The position numbers and the translations under genes are program-made. DNA of 63,828 nucleotides, filler included, from Octopus bimaculoides (taxonomy: Eukaryota): the NCBI RefSeq assembly GCF_001194135.2. It is 4 parts of 4 records of this genome, joined end to end, with 100 filler letters (N's around TTAATTAATTAA, not from the genome) between each part and the next. Parts side by side here need not be neighbours in the genome. Positions count along the whole stretch, not along the records: positions 1 to 25,804 come from NC_068984.1; 3 more parts are not named here. One strand, given 5' to 3'. The notes beneath the pieces were generated by a model that was not told the origin of the DNA, ran no database searches, and was given only the letters and a program-made list of their open reading frames with translations. Of this stretch, positions 13,150-25,520 are shown piece by piece; the first letter of the stretch is position 1, and each line of letters opens with the position of its first letter.

Positions 13150-13417
13150 CTCAAGTGAGGCCAGACCCATTTGGATTTTAGTATTCTCTAAGTAGATTTT
13201 AAACTGAATGAACCCTTCTTGGCTGATATATGCAATATATAATAATGGGAAATAGAGGAAAACAGCTAGTTAGGTTGGAAATACAATTGATGAATGTGTA
13301 ATGCATGAAAGGAAAGGAAACAGAGGTAAGCTAACTCATTCAAAAAGAAATATCTCAAATAAATTTGATGGTCATTATAATAATTATATATTATAGTGAG
13401 TTACAAAATTTGCTTAC

Positions 13418-13492
13418 CTCCCCCCCATTCTCAGAGCTGTTCATATCTGTATACAAATATTCTTTTTTGACGTGAACCCTCCGAGAGGGGAC
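13418..13492 (-). CDS. TFCP2: TFCP2 candidate cassette exon, 75 nt, phase 0-0: VPSRRVHVKKEYLYTDMNSSENGGE
   Basis: tttcttgtag|GTC...GAG|gtaagc; open in the required frame; no homology recognised. Confidence 0.7.
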
Positions 13493-16338
13493 CTACAAGA
13501 AATTTCCAAAGTTCAACTTTGACGCATATTTAAAAAAAGCAAACAAACAAACAAACATATTTTGAAGTAGACTGTGTATGTGCATGTGTATATAGATATA
13601 AATATATATTATATAAAATATATTGGATTAAACATATTATATAAAAATATATATTATATTCTATGTTACACAAAATATTTGTTATATAATATGCAATGTA
13701 AATTATATTATTAAATTATCAATGAATTTTAACTTTTTAATATGTATTTCCACATTCAAGGTAATCTAATAATATGTATTAAGATTAAAATAAAATATCA
13801 CAACGGAAAGGACAAAAAGTACTAAGGCTGCCTAAAGAAAAAAACCCGTTTTGTAAGGGATATAGAAGTGATATGGGTGCTTATATCAAAATCAATAGAT
13901 TTCTGGTATGTATCTTATTAACCCCAGGAAGACAAAAGCCAGTCAAACCTAACAGTGCTTAAACACAGAACAATAAACAACTAAAATACAACAAAACATG
14001 CTTGGATTAGGTATAGTCATTGCAATCGCTCATGTCCAAAATATTATAGTCCAATATAATTACTGTATAACAGTGCTTATTAACCTTGTAAGGATGAGAG
14101 GAAGAGTCAGTTCCAGTAAGGTTTTAATTCAGAACCATATAGTACCACATAAGGACACTAAATTAACAATTTCAACAATCAACTGAACTGATTTTTTTGA
14201 CCATTAATATTTAAAAAAGAAAAATCTTTCTTGAATCGACATGGCACAAAGATTGATGCTTTTAGGCAGAGGCGCACAACTGAGAAAACAGTATCCCAGT
14301 CTTCCATAAGGATATATATATATTACTCCATCTTTGAATTGAGAAGATATAGGCACTTACCACATGTTCAAAGACTATAACATTATTCTGCTCTTGAATT
14401 AAAACTGTAAACTACTGATGATGAGGGCATTCTGAGAGCTTCTAATTTCAACCTAGGCCCCCTCAACAATTTTCAGAAACACAAACAAATACACCATAAA
14501 CTAGTTAGATCAGTACTAATGCTCAGCACCAAAGTTTTTAGAAGTAATAATTATTAAAATTATAATTAATTCTTAATGTATATTTTATGAACACAAAACA
14601 AAGTTTATATACAAAGTTTATATACAAAATATTTTATTGTAAGCTACAATATAATTTCATTGTATGACTTGGTGGACTTAGCTCCAATATTGGTTCTATT
14701 TTTAGTCACATGGAAAACTGTTCACTTGCTAAAATACATATTCCAAAAGAAAAAAAATTCATCTAATTCTACTAATATTAAGCAAAAAGAAAAGATAAGA
14801 AAACAGCAGTATGTGCAGGAAGGACAAAAGAGTGTTTGTGTGTGTAATGTTTTCCTCAAAGGAAATAAGATTACCCCAAGGAAATAGTCAAGTTTCCTCA
14901 AAAGATTTTGTTTGACACACAACCATACAGAAACTATGTAAAACATATCTATTACACATTATACAAATTCATACAAGTTTAATGTATTGTTAACTAAGTT
15001 AATAAAGTTCTTAGAATCTTATTTTTAAAGGCTTTAAGAACCTTTATAAAACATTAGGATTATATAGGATAATCATTAAAGGATTATATAGTCAGGCTTC
15101 AATGAATTCTATCATTAATAATTAATTACATAGACACAAGATGTATAAAGTATTCTATATTGTATCTTATGATGCACATTCTTTTGCCAAGAATATTCTA
15201 ATTTTGGCAGAAGGCACACAACTGGGGGTGGGAGTTTATATTAACCCCAGAGCTCAACCAGTATTTCTTTTATTGACCCCAAAAGGATGAAAGGCAAAGT
15301 CAACCTCAACAGCATATGAACATAAAGAACCAGATGAAATGCCAGTAAGGATTTTGTCTGGCATGGTAATGGTTCTGCCAGCTTGCCATCTTTCATCTGA
15401 GATGAATATTAGCAAATGGAATGGCTCCAATGAGAAACCTAAAGTGGATAACCATTTTGGTATACTAATATTTTTATGCCAATGTCATTATTGAATATTT
15501 TAATAATGTTACAGAGGAGCCTTTAGCTTCCATTGCTATAAAATTTCTAGTAATTCCATTCATTACCCAATGAAGAGAAAATTTATTATCAGAAAAACCA
15601 TTATATATATATATATATATATATATTGATAATAAAACAAGCCACTCATGGGATTTACAATTGTAATTTTGGACTGAAATGAGAATAATAAAAGGGCTGT
15701 GTCTCTGTTGTATGATTAACTGTCAATTTAAACTTTATCAACAGCAGAAAAATACAAAATAGTGTTGGCAAAAACTTGAGAAAAGTTGCCTCACTAGAAA
15801 CAAAACCTGTCAAAAATGTATTAAAATACAAACCAATAATGGAATAATTTCAAGTCTATTACTAAACACCTTTGAAGTAGTTGTCTTGCATTATATCAGA
15901 ATAAATTGAAATATATAACAAAGAAAGAAGATAGGACAGCAAGAATATTACATGTAAAATTTCTTCACAAATTCTAGAATTTTTATGAACCAAATATGCA
16001 AGGAAAAAAAAACATCTATTTTATACTTATTAGGTATCAAAAACAGGCACGGAAATTAAATAAAGAAATGATGCCCAAGTACCTTTCTTTCTTGAAAACT
16101 TTTTTTTTTTTTAATTAAAGACATAACAATTGGCTTGTAACACAAACAGCTATGCACCCAATTCAATAATTGCTAAATTAAAATATTATGGAGTAAACAT
16201 TAAAAGAAAAGAACTTTATTTATAGAAAAAATTAATTTTATCCCAAATAGAGTCAAGGTGAATTATGTTGCATTCAAAGTAGATTTTATAAAAAAGGACA
16301 TTTTTAGAGACTGGTTAAAAAAAATATTTAATGCTAAC

Positions 16339-16380
16339 CTCTGTGAGTACTGTACATTCATAGGAAGGCTGGTATTTTTC
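16339..16380 (-). CDS. TFCP2: TFCP2 exon, 42 nt: EKYQPSYECTVLTE
   Basis: gattgcag|GAA...GAG|gttagc; matches EKYQPSYETTILTE. Confidence 0.95.
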
Positions 16381-17329
16381 CTGCAATCAAATCAAAAGAA
16401 ACAATTAACTTTGAAATATATTAGTTGCCAATTAAGTGAAAATACTATTGAAGAAAACCATAAAGATTTCCATATCCCCTCACACTCACATACAACTACC
16501 CACCTTCTCTCCACCCCCAATCCATTATCTGGATCCCTTCTTATGCTCACCTTGTACTGACAGTTTACTCTGGTACCTTAGTAGAAGATAGTACCCTCTA
16601 GTACCATCATCTTCCAAACTACTCCCATCCACCCCTAGTGATGTGAAGTGGTCATGTATCTCTATAGCAAGACACCTGTGCTGGTCCTTATATCATATTT
16701 TAACCTTTCAAAACCTGGCATAAGACCACTTCCTCCTATCAAATACTCCTCTCCACTTAGTAGCAGGAGTTTTCTTTCTTTTCCCTTTATCCCCATTCTT
16801 CCATCTTGCAAGTTACTCAGCAATGTCTCTAGAGCTAGTGGTACCCAGTACACACTAAATTGGTTAACATTATGAAGGGCATCAAGTTATAGAAAACTTG
16901 CCAAAGCTGACACAGAAGCTCAGCACAGCTCTGCAGTTTACCAGATCTTGTCAGTCCAACCCATACCAGCATGGAAAACAAACATTAAAAAGAGATTTTA
17001 AAAAAGATATTACACAATGGAACACAAGTAAATGTGGAGTTTTATGTGGTTGCCCAAACTGCCTAGAAATAGAAAGCTAAATCACGCAAACATCATAGCC
17101 AACCAACTTAAAAAGGGAAGGACAAGTTAGATAATGTCAGTCTAGATATTCCTAAAAGAGACAATATCATCATAACTACAATGCTTTTAATCATAAGTCT
17201 AACCAATCAGGCCTTAGCTGGGATTAAACAACAATGTGATAAAATCTTGACATTGCAACAACTACTGGTACTTAATGAATAACAAAAACAAAGCTTTAAT
17301 GATTGTAATATATTGATCTTAAATTTTGG

Positions 17330-17945
17330 CACAAGGCCAGCAATTTAGGGGAGAGTATAAGTCACTTAAATCAAACCTAGCGCTCAACTGGTATGTATTT
17401 TATTGACCTCAAAAGGATGAAAGACAAAATCAACCTCAGCAGAATCTGAACTCAGAACACAAATTCAGGTGAAATGTCACTAAGCATTTTGCCCGGTGAG
17501 CTAATGATTCTGCCAGTTCATTACCTTTTTATTGATTGTAAGCATCATCATCATCATCATCATTGTTTAACGTCCACTTTCCATGCTAGCATGGGGTGGA
17601 CGGTTTAACATGGATCTGGCCAGCTGGAAGCTGTCCAGACTCCAGTTGTTTGTTGTGGCATGGTTTCTATGGTTGGATGCCCTTCCAAATGCCAACAACT
17701 TAAAAGAATGCCACTGTAAATATATTCTTTTCTACTCTAGGCACAAGGCCTGAAATTTTTGGGGGGGTGGGGGGTGGCAGTCGATTGGATCAACCCCAGT
17801 GGGCAACTGGTACTTAATTTACCGACTGAAAGGATGAAAGGCAAAGTCGACCCCAGCTGTATTTGAACTCAGAACATAAAGACAGACAAAATACCACAAA
17901 GTATTTCGCCCGACATGCTAACGTGTCTGCCAGATCACTACCTTG
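17330..17945 (-). mobile_element. Two SINE family C copies flanking a LINE 3'-end fragment (other family C copies at ~15220-15385, ~20480-20700, ~30850-30965, ~35770-36067, ~60190-60600)
   Basis: Same core motif gaaaggatgaaaggcaaagtcgacc. Confidence 0.82.
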
Positions 17946-18422
17946 CCACTGTAAACATATTAGCATATTAATATATTAGTCTAATGAAGTCATACTAGAC
18001 TTCTTAAAATCTACACACGTTAATTCCTTTCTACAGGTGGTAGTATACCATCGGCTATAAGAAAGTCAGTCACATATTCATTAAGATATGATTTATATCT
18101 AATATATACACATGAAACCTTTATACCATTTTTTACACAAATGAATCACAAATGACTGTCCAACCCATGTCAGCATGGAAAACTGGACATTAAAGGATGA
18201 TGATGATGATGATGAATCACAATAAAATAAAATTGTTATTAGTAACAATCTACATTTAAAATTTGCAAAAGTTAAAAGAAACTAAAAACTAATCAAATAC
18301 TTCACTCACATTTAAATGTTATATCACAAACATATTGCTACTAAAGTAACTATTAATTAAAATAAGGTAAATACAAAGCAAACTAGTAAAGTTTAAGAAT
18401 GAAAATAACAAAAGAATCTTAC

Positions 18423-18491
18423 TTTTTCTGCTTCTGATCGTTTCTCCATTTTCTCTCGGTCTGTTTTGTGTTTTCTGTCAGCACCTTTGGG
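18423..18491 (-). CDS. TFCP2: TFCP2 exon, 69 nt: PKGADRKHKTDREKMEKRSEAEK
   Basis: tctttag|CCC...AAA|gtaaga; near identical to PKGADRKQKTDREKMEKR. Confidence 0.96.
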
Positions 18492-18529
18492 CTAAAGATA
18501 ACAACAATAACAATAATAATAACAATCCT

Positions 18530-19115
18530 GTCTACTATAGGCACAAGGCCTGAAATTTGGGGGAGGGGCTTGTAGATTATGTCAACCCCAGTGTTCCACT
18601 GGTATTTATTTCATTGACCCCCGAAAGGATAAAAATGCAAAGTTGACCTCAGCGGAATTTGAACTCAGAACGTTAGCGACAGACGAAATACCGCTGAGCA
18701 TTTCACCCGGTATGCTAATGATTCTGCCAGCTCACTGCCTTAATAATAATAATAATAATAATAATAATCCTCTCTACTAAAGACACAAGGCCTGAAATTT
18801 GGGGGCAAGGACTAGTCGATTACATTGACCCCAATGTTTCACTGGTACTTAATTTATTAACCCCAAAAGGATGAAAGGCAAAGTTGACCTCTGAATAATA
18901 ATAATAATAATAATGATTTCAAATTCTAGCACAAGGCCAGCAATTTCAGGGAAGTGGGTAAGTTGATCACATCAACTCCAGTACTCAACTGGTATATACC
19001 TTATCAACTCCAAAAGGATAAAAAGCAAAGTAGACCTAAGTAGAATTTCAATTAAGAATATAATGCCACTAATCATTTCACTCAGAGTGCTAATGATTCT
19101 GCCAGCTCAACACTT
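18530..19115 (-). mobile_element. Three head-to-tail copies of tRNA-derived SINE family C separated by (AAT)n
   Basis: Repeated aggcacaaggcctgaaattt...gaccccgaaaggatgaaaggcaaagtcgacctc...gaactcagaac...gctaatgattctgccagctc; the middle copy is truncated. Confidence 0.88.
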
Positions 19116-19857
19116 TCTATAATAGTAATAATAATTATTATATATATATATACTGTTGAGTATCTATGCGATGAATAAAATTTATCTTTCTACTTGTTCT
19201 ACAATACATTTCAACGCTTCGAAAACAAATTTATTTGTTTACATACGGCGTAACCTATACGACATCTAGCGTAATTGGATGATTCTATAACTTCTTAAAT
19301 TGCAGAAGAATTTGGCGGTCAGGCAGTTTAGCTTAAATGGTAAAGCATTGCAACTGGATATTGGAGGGATGTGTGTTCAATGCCGACAAATTTTCTGCTT
19401 TTAAAAAAGAGAAAAGGATTTTATCCTTTATATGTATACTGTTCAGTATCTATGCGTTGAATAAAATTTATCTTTCTACTTGTTCTACAGTAATAATAAT
19501 AATAATAATAATAATAAAACAACTATTTTAATCAAATGTGTCAATAAATTACACATTTACTTTAAAGAACTTTAAATTCTTGGATTTACAAATTCCATCA
19601 TACCCATGCGAGCATGGAAAAGTAGATGCTAATGCAGTGATGATGAGGAAGAAGATGATAAATAAAGTCAGTAAATACAATATTGTGTATATAAACTAAC
19701 AAACCTATTAGCTGGTATCAAGTCTTGATATTCTGAATAACACTAACTTCTACATATGAAAAGACTTATCATAACCATACAAAAATAGCAACATAAGTTA
19801 TGTTTGTATTCGAGGTTAGAAAAAAAATTTCTATTAAGAAAATTATTTAACTCTTAC

Positions 19858-20111
19858 CTTAAACACTTTAACTTGACATGAAGCAGTATGAAGTAATTTG
19901 CTTTCACCATCCTCTGATGTATGAGATTCCACTTGAATTCGAAATGGAACCCCCTTTTCACCACCATGCTTTTTGGGGGTGAATTCTGTGCTAATACAAT
20001 GAACTCTGATATATATTCCAGTTTCTTTTGTAGGATCCCAAATAAACTCAGCTGCATTTAACTTATTAGGATCTAAGCGAACATCTATTAAACCATATGA
20101 TAAGGGGATAT
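19858..20111 (-). CDS. TFCP2: TFCP2 exon, 254 nt: (D)IPLSYG...[27 protein letters not shown]...ASCQVKVFK
   Basis: tatttctag|ATATC...TTTAAG|gtaaga; core of the CP2 domain. Confidence 0.97.
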
Positions 20112-20929
20112 CTAGAAATAAAACAGAAAAAAGATATTTTTAAAAATATGGTCCCATATTTTCATTTCTTTTTTTTAATGTTGGCATGGGTGATATAGTT
20201 CTGCAAATTCAAATATTTGAAAATGAACTGTTGGAGCATGGTGGGGTTAGAGTTGGTTACAATAAAAAAATTGAACTATCAACCAAAATGGTGATTCGCA
20301 CCTTGTTCAAAAACCAAGGTACTACTGTAATTTCAAGCAATAGGTCTCAAGGAAGTAAAATAATGTCCTTTGCCAAATAATTGTGACAATAACAGTATAG
20401 CAAAATAACTTACATGTCTTTAAGATCAGAAACAAATAAAAATTAAAAAGTTAATTTTATGTATTTGTCTAGCAAAAGTCTTATTTCTTTATTGCCCACA
20501 AGGGGCTAAACGTTCAGGACAAACAAGGACAGACAAAGGGATTAAGTCAATTACATCGACCCCAATGCGTAACTAGTACTTAATTTATTAACCCTGAAAG
20601 TTTGAAAGGCAAAGTCGACCTCGGTGGAATTTGAACTCAGAACATAATGGCAAACGAAATACTGCTAAGCATTTCGCCCGGCACACTAATGTTTCTAGCA
20701 AAAGTCTTGGTTTAAGACTGTATGTAGAAACTGAAGTTAAAATAACATAGAAGAGCTATTAAATGAAACTTAAAACTTGAGTTCACTTAAAATTTATTTC
20801 ATGGTGTTTCAAATTTTCCTTATACAACTGCTACTTGATCACTGACACTGTGTTGCATTATGTCAGTTGTGCAATAAAATTTTGACACCTCATGAAATAA
20901 ATTTAAATTTCAAGTGAATTTTCACAGCT

Positions 20930-21250
20930 TTGTGTGTTAGCAAATGGTTCCTCCAAAATGTGACAAATATGGAAGTGTTGAAGAAGATGAAAGTGAAGAG
21001 ACAGTTGATGGATACTATCAGAGAGAGACAGTGAAGATTTGTTGGTCATTTTCTCAGATAGAATGACAGAATGGAGTGTTACATGGTGGGAAGGAGAGCG
21101 AGAGGAAGACAGAGAATGAAGATGTTTGACTGGATGAAGAAGAGATTGGACATACAGAGCAAGAAAGACCTGTGTGATGTTGTGAGAGATAGAAATAAAT
21201 GGAGGAGGAACAAGCCATGATTCGTCAAAGGCATGAATATGGCATGACAC
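20930..21250 (+). mobile_element. RTE LINE C-terminal fragment
   Basis: VTNMEVLKKMKVKRQLMDTIRERQ..FVGH, GRQRMKMFDWMK, VRDRNKWR. Confidence 0.8.
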
Positions 21251-21308
21251 AAGCGAGAGAGAGAGACAATGTAGTCATTTGTACAAAATTTGTAATAAAT
21301 GAACTCAC

Positions 21309-21414
21309 CAATATCTAATAAACGTTCACCTGGTCGGGTTAAGCGCCATAATTCTAATTGTTCTTTTTCCATGTACTGTAAACGACGTTCATGGAAGCAG
21401 ACTTTTACAACGCT
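21309..21414 (-). CDS. TFCP2: TFCP2 exon, 106 nt: SVVKVCFHERRLQYMEKEQLELWRLTRPGERLLDI
   Basis: ttttggcag|AGC...ATTG|gtgagt; matches FHDRRLQY..RPGDRILDI. Confidence 0.96.
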
Positions 21415-21759
21415 CTGCCAAAAAAAAAATCATCCAATTATTGGAAAAATATTTCAACAAAAGAACTATTTAGTCAACTTAGTTAATCTTGTGATGAAAC
21501 AAAACTTATTGCAAAGACTTTGATAAAAGATAAAAATAAAACAATCAAAATCAAAAAACCAATGCAAAACTAAGATGCAGTTTTGAAATCATAACTTTTG
21601 GATTGATAGTTCAGCACCTTAATTGCAATTATAATTTTAAATGGCTTAGAAAAAGAAAGCAATTATAATTTTAGATGGCTTAGAAAAAGGCTGAAACAAA
21701 TGATTTCATTTGTTTCAGACTTGAAGAATCTTAGTCAAATGAATCAACTCCAGGATTCT

Positions 21760-22035
21760 TTTTTTTAAGAGCTTGGTACTTATTCTATCAAACTCGTTTG
21801 ATGAACTGCTAAGTTACAGGGATATAAATACACCACACCAACAGTTGTCAAGCAGTGGTGGGAGACAAACACAGACACAAAGCGCTTCTTTCAGTTTCCA
21901 TCTCCCAAATCCACTTACAAGGCTTTGGTCAGCCCAAGACTAGAACAGAAGAGACTTGCCCAAGATGCCACACAGTGGGACTGAACCCAGACCCATGTGG
22001 TTACGAAGCAAATTTCTTATCTACACAACCACATC
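21760..22035 (-). mobile_element. SINE family A, degraded (further copies at ~34495-34706 +, ~42583-42850 -, ~49098-49262 +, ~33420-33500 -, ~63720-63800 -)
   Basis: Shared motifs gactgaacccaga, acttgcccaag, aaggctttggt, gttgtcaagc. Confidence 0.75.
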
Positions 22036-23592
22036 TATTCAACTCTAAAAGCAATGCCAACAAATCTAAACAACAAATATAATAAAAAGTCTAAGTATCT
22101 TCACACACAATACTGGCTCATAAAGCAAGTGATTAGACAGGATTCAGTAGTATTAACTCAGTTTAGTTTACAACAACAAAATATAAATAAACTATAGCTT
22201 AAGTTTTGATAACAGTTAATGCACATCAAATAACAAAAATAACATACACAAGATCATAAATAAATTAGAGGCTTTTAATGATTTAAGAATAAATATGACA
22301 CAAACATGTCCATACATATCTAAAGTATAATCAACATGAGAGCACAGCATTCAATAGTGCATAAAACCTTAACCACTGCTTTAATTTTTGTTTCCCTAAC
22401 AGTCAACCCTGTGAATCTCCTCCTCCTCCTACCACTGGAACATGATTTTCATGCAGGTGCTAACCTTACATGAAAAACTGAACATCTGTAATATCAATCC
22501 TAAAAGTCTTGGAAACTCTACAAAGATCATGGGTACTGATCTATCCTCTGGATTAAGTCTGGATTAATAACTACAACATAACTGAAACCTGAAGGGCAGG
22601 GGACTCTCTGGTCAAAGTAAGTGAAAACAGATTTCAATTCCAGTTTGTTGTCTACTATAATGTGTGTGTGTGTATATCTTTTAGTCAAGAGGAAAGGCAA
22701 TGCCCAGGACCATCTACATGGCCTCCACAACTGGGGAAAGAGAGAGAAGTTATTTTCAGACTAGAGATATAGTCCAAATGTTTGCAACAGTAAGTGGGTT
22801 TGCTAAAGCTACCCAATGTGAAAGAAGGAGGTGTTAGAGTAAGTGACAGATTCCATCTCCCACTCAAGAAGGTCATCGCAAGATTTGAACTCAGAATGCA
22901 AAGAGTTGNNNNNNNNNNNNNNNNNNNNNNNNNNNNNNNNNNNNNNNNNNNNNNNNNNNNNNNNNNNNNNNNNNNNNNNNNNNNNNNNNNNNNNNNNNNN
23001 NNNNNNNNNNNNNNNNNNNNNNNNNNNNNNNNNNNNNNNNNNNNNNNNNNNNNNNNNNNNNNNNNNNNNNNNNNNNNNNNNNNNNNNNNNNNNNNNNNNN
23101 NNNNNNNNNNNNNNNNNNNNNNNNNNNNNNNNNNNNNNNNNNNNNNNNNNNNNNNNNNNNNNNNNNNNNNNNNNNNNNNNNNNNNNNNNNNNNNNNNNNN
23201 NNNNNNNNNNNNNNNNNNNNNNNNNNNNNNNNNNNNNNNNNNNNNNNNNNNNNNNNNNNNNNNNNNNNNNNNNNNNNNNNNNNNNNNNNNNNNNNNNNNN
23301 NNNNNNNNNNNNNNNNNNNNNNNNNNNNNNNNNNNNNNNNNNNNNNNNNNNNNNNNNNNNNNNNNTCCACCACAACTTTCTCTCACTCTTACTTCCTGTT
23401 TCTGTTGTGCCTGTAATTCAAAGGGTCAGACTGTCACACTGTGTCACGCTGAATATCCCTGAGAACTACGTTAAGGGTACACGTTTCTGTGGTGTGCTCA
23501 GCCACTTGTACATTAATTTCACGAGCAGGCTGTTCCGTTGATCAGATCAACTGGAACCCTCGACGTCGTAAGCGACGGAGTGCCAACAACAT

Positions 23593-23629
<37 letters not shown>

Positions 23630-23944
23630 AATAAAAAGAGTACAATGAACTTGCCATGAGGAGTGGGAAATCCAATGTTTTGGACAGTGTCCATTTTCTG
23701 GGAAAATTTGAAAGGAGAGAAGTTAATAATAACCAGCAGAGTTTTACATCCTCTGAGTAAAAAAGACGGGCTGCAACTGAGAAGTAATGCAGGATTATGC
23801 GAGTTTCATACATGAACAAGAAGTGGTAGGAGAATCAATATAAAAAAGGAAAAAGTAATGGAATGAGGAGAAGCAGGCTATGTAGAGAGTGAGATGAAGG
23901 GAAAATGATGAGGAGGGAGAGGAGTTGAAGGATAGGAAAAGGTT

Positions 23945-24400
23945 TAATGAACTAAGAAGTGAAAGAGTAGAAGGGAAAATAAATGTTCATTTAAACCTGT
24001 TGGTAATATGGTGTCAAGTTCAAATATGAAATGTTCTCACCATTTCTTTGGTAATGTGGATATATGGTGTGTGACAATGTTGCATACTAATAAGTGAGTG
24101 ATGGAATGGGCTATATAGTGTCGAAGTAAGTACAACTGGTTGGCCGTATATAATAATGTGCTTCAAATACACTCCCAAATGCGGTTAGCAAAGCATTGGC
24201 CTATTTCCCCAATATCAAGAACACTGCAAAGTTTGCATATGATATGCAAGAGTAGATGCGTAATATGATATTGTTTCTAAGGCCCAGTGAGGGTAGTAGT
24301 ATTGTTAATGTAGGTACAGGTATTACATAATCAGCAAGTGCATTTAAATTGCCCGGTTGTGTGGGGCTGGGGGGCTGTGGCGCTTCTTACTAGATTTCCA
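23945..24400 (-). mobile_element. Degraded Penelope-like GIY-YIG endonuclease region
   Basis: PGQFKC..CNTCTYINNTTTLTGP, CIICKLCSVLDIGEIGQCFANRIWE, FIFELDTILPTGLNE; pattern of Cys motif, YIGET and L.P.GLN. Confidence 0.75.
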
Positions 24401-24859
24401 TGGTTTTTATCATGACTAATGAATAAAAATTGACACCTAGTATCATTGTTTCTTGATATATATTCCTGTATGCAAATGTCTCAATCTGAAAGAGGTATTA
24501 TTTTTTTAATATGAAACTGATAACAGATAAATCTTCCCGAGAAGTAACAACTAAATCTTCTTTAAATCACACCACAGCATCTTAAATAGGAAAGGATATA
24601 TAAGATAATACCTAAAAACAGATGGGATGTTCAGTTAAAATACCTTCAATCATAAATCTGCTTGGGGAGCAGGGTTAAACAAATATATTTTTGTAGTGAA
24701 ATATGAGTTCTCAACCTGAGAGCTGTTATTTCAATACTTCACTCAATTGGCTATTACAAAAATTATAAATCAGACACCAAATTGTGAGAGTAAATATTGA
24801 AGACAAGGCAAGGTAGTATAATTCCATAAGAAATAATATCAAACTTTATATATACATAC

Positions 24860-24927
24860 CTGGAGATATTTGCCTTTCAAATTTGATAAATCTCCAAGCT
24901 TTTTCAATTTAATTTCATATGACTGAC
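24860..24927 (-). CDS. TFCP2: TFCP2 exon, 68 nt: (G)QSYEIKLKKLGDLSNLKGKYLQ
   Basis: tttttctag|GTCAG...CTCCAG|gtatgt; matches GQSYEIRMLDNRKLG of LSF. Confidence 0.93.
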
Positions 24928-25124
24928 CTAGAAAAACACAAGAAGCAAATATCAAAATATTTCTTTCAAATCTTTTAATCTCTAAGACTTACTTCACACA
25001 TTTGTTTGTTGCAGGATATTTTGAGATTAGGAGTTTTGAGCTACTTTTGGGGTTACAAAAAAATTGTTATTTCAGTGTCAAATATTTCAACAATTTGCAA
25101 ATCCAACCAATGAGAAAACCTTCA

Positions 25125-25230
25125 TGTGGTTGCCTGAACTGCTATAAATAGCAACTAAATCTCCCTTAAATCATAATAAAGGAAGGACACAATGAGTAAT
25201 ATGACCCTAGATAAATAAATACATCTGAGA
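25125..25230 (+). repeat. Dispersed short repeat family E (also ~3410-3500, ~6400-6550, ~17048-17170, ~24530-24620, ~30470-30550, ~59228-59330)
   Basis: Recurring ctgctagaaatagcagccaaatctcc..aaatca..aaaaaggaagga motif in both orientations. Confidence 0.7.
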
Positions 25231-25520
25231 AGAAAGATGGCCAAAATGCCTTCACCCACAAGTCTGCTTAACAGAGCTGACTTGGAACTAATCGACATCA
25301 ACAATCCCCAATTACAAAAATGTGTATTTGGTTTTCTTCATTTCTTTCATCACCACTGTTTTCCATATTGGCATACGAAAAACAGGGATGTTAAATTTAC
25401 AGCACAAACCCTTTTTTCTTGTACAAATATTTCTTTTAGTGAAAAGTTAAATTATTTAAATCATGCATTGTTGTCTCTCAAATATTTAAAATCTACAATT
25501 AAGAGCCCTCTCTACTCGCT

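Larger units (their letters stand above)
719..24927 (-). other. TFCP2: TFCP2/LSF/UBP1-like transcription factor gene span (partial at both ends)
   Basis: Hand-spliced minus-strand exons give a continuous frame: CP2 DNA-binding domain (GQSYEI...[24 protein letters not shown]...CQVKVFKPKGADRK), SAM-like domain (WLHQNRF...[24 protein letters not shown]) and C-terminal domain (VRPRLTIYVCQE, YHAVFL...GPSGIHI). All introns GT-AG and phase-compatible. Confidence 0.95.

Noticed and set aside
18530-19115. Repeat-spacer-like array resembling CRISPR
   Set aside because: Units are ~200-bp eukaryotic SINEs separated by (AAT)n; no cas genes.
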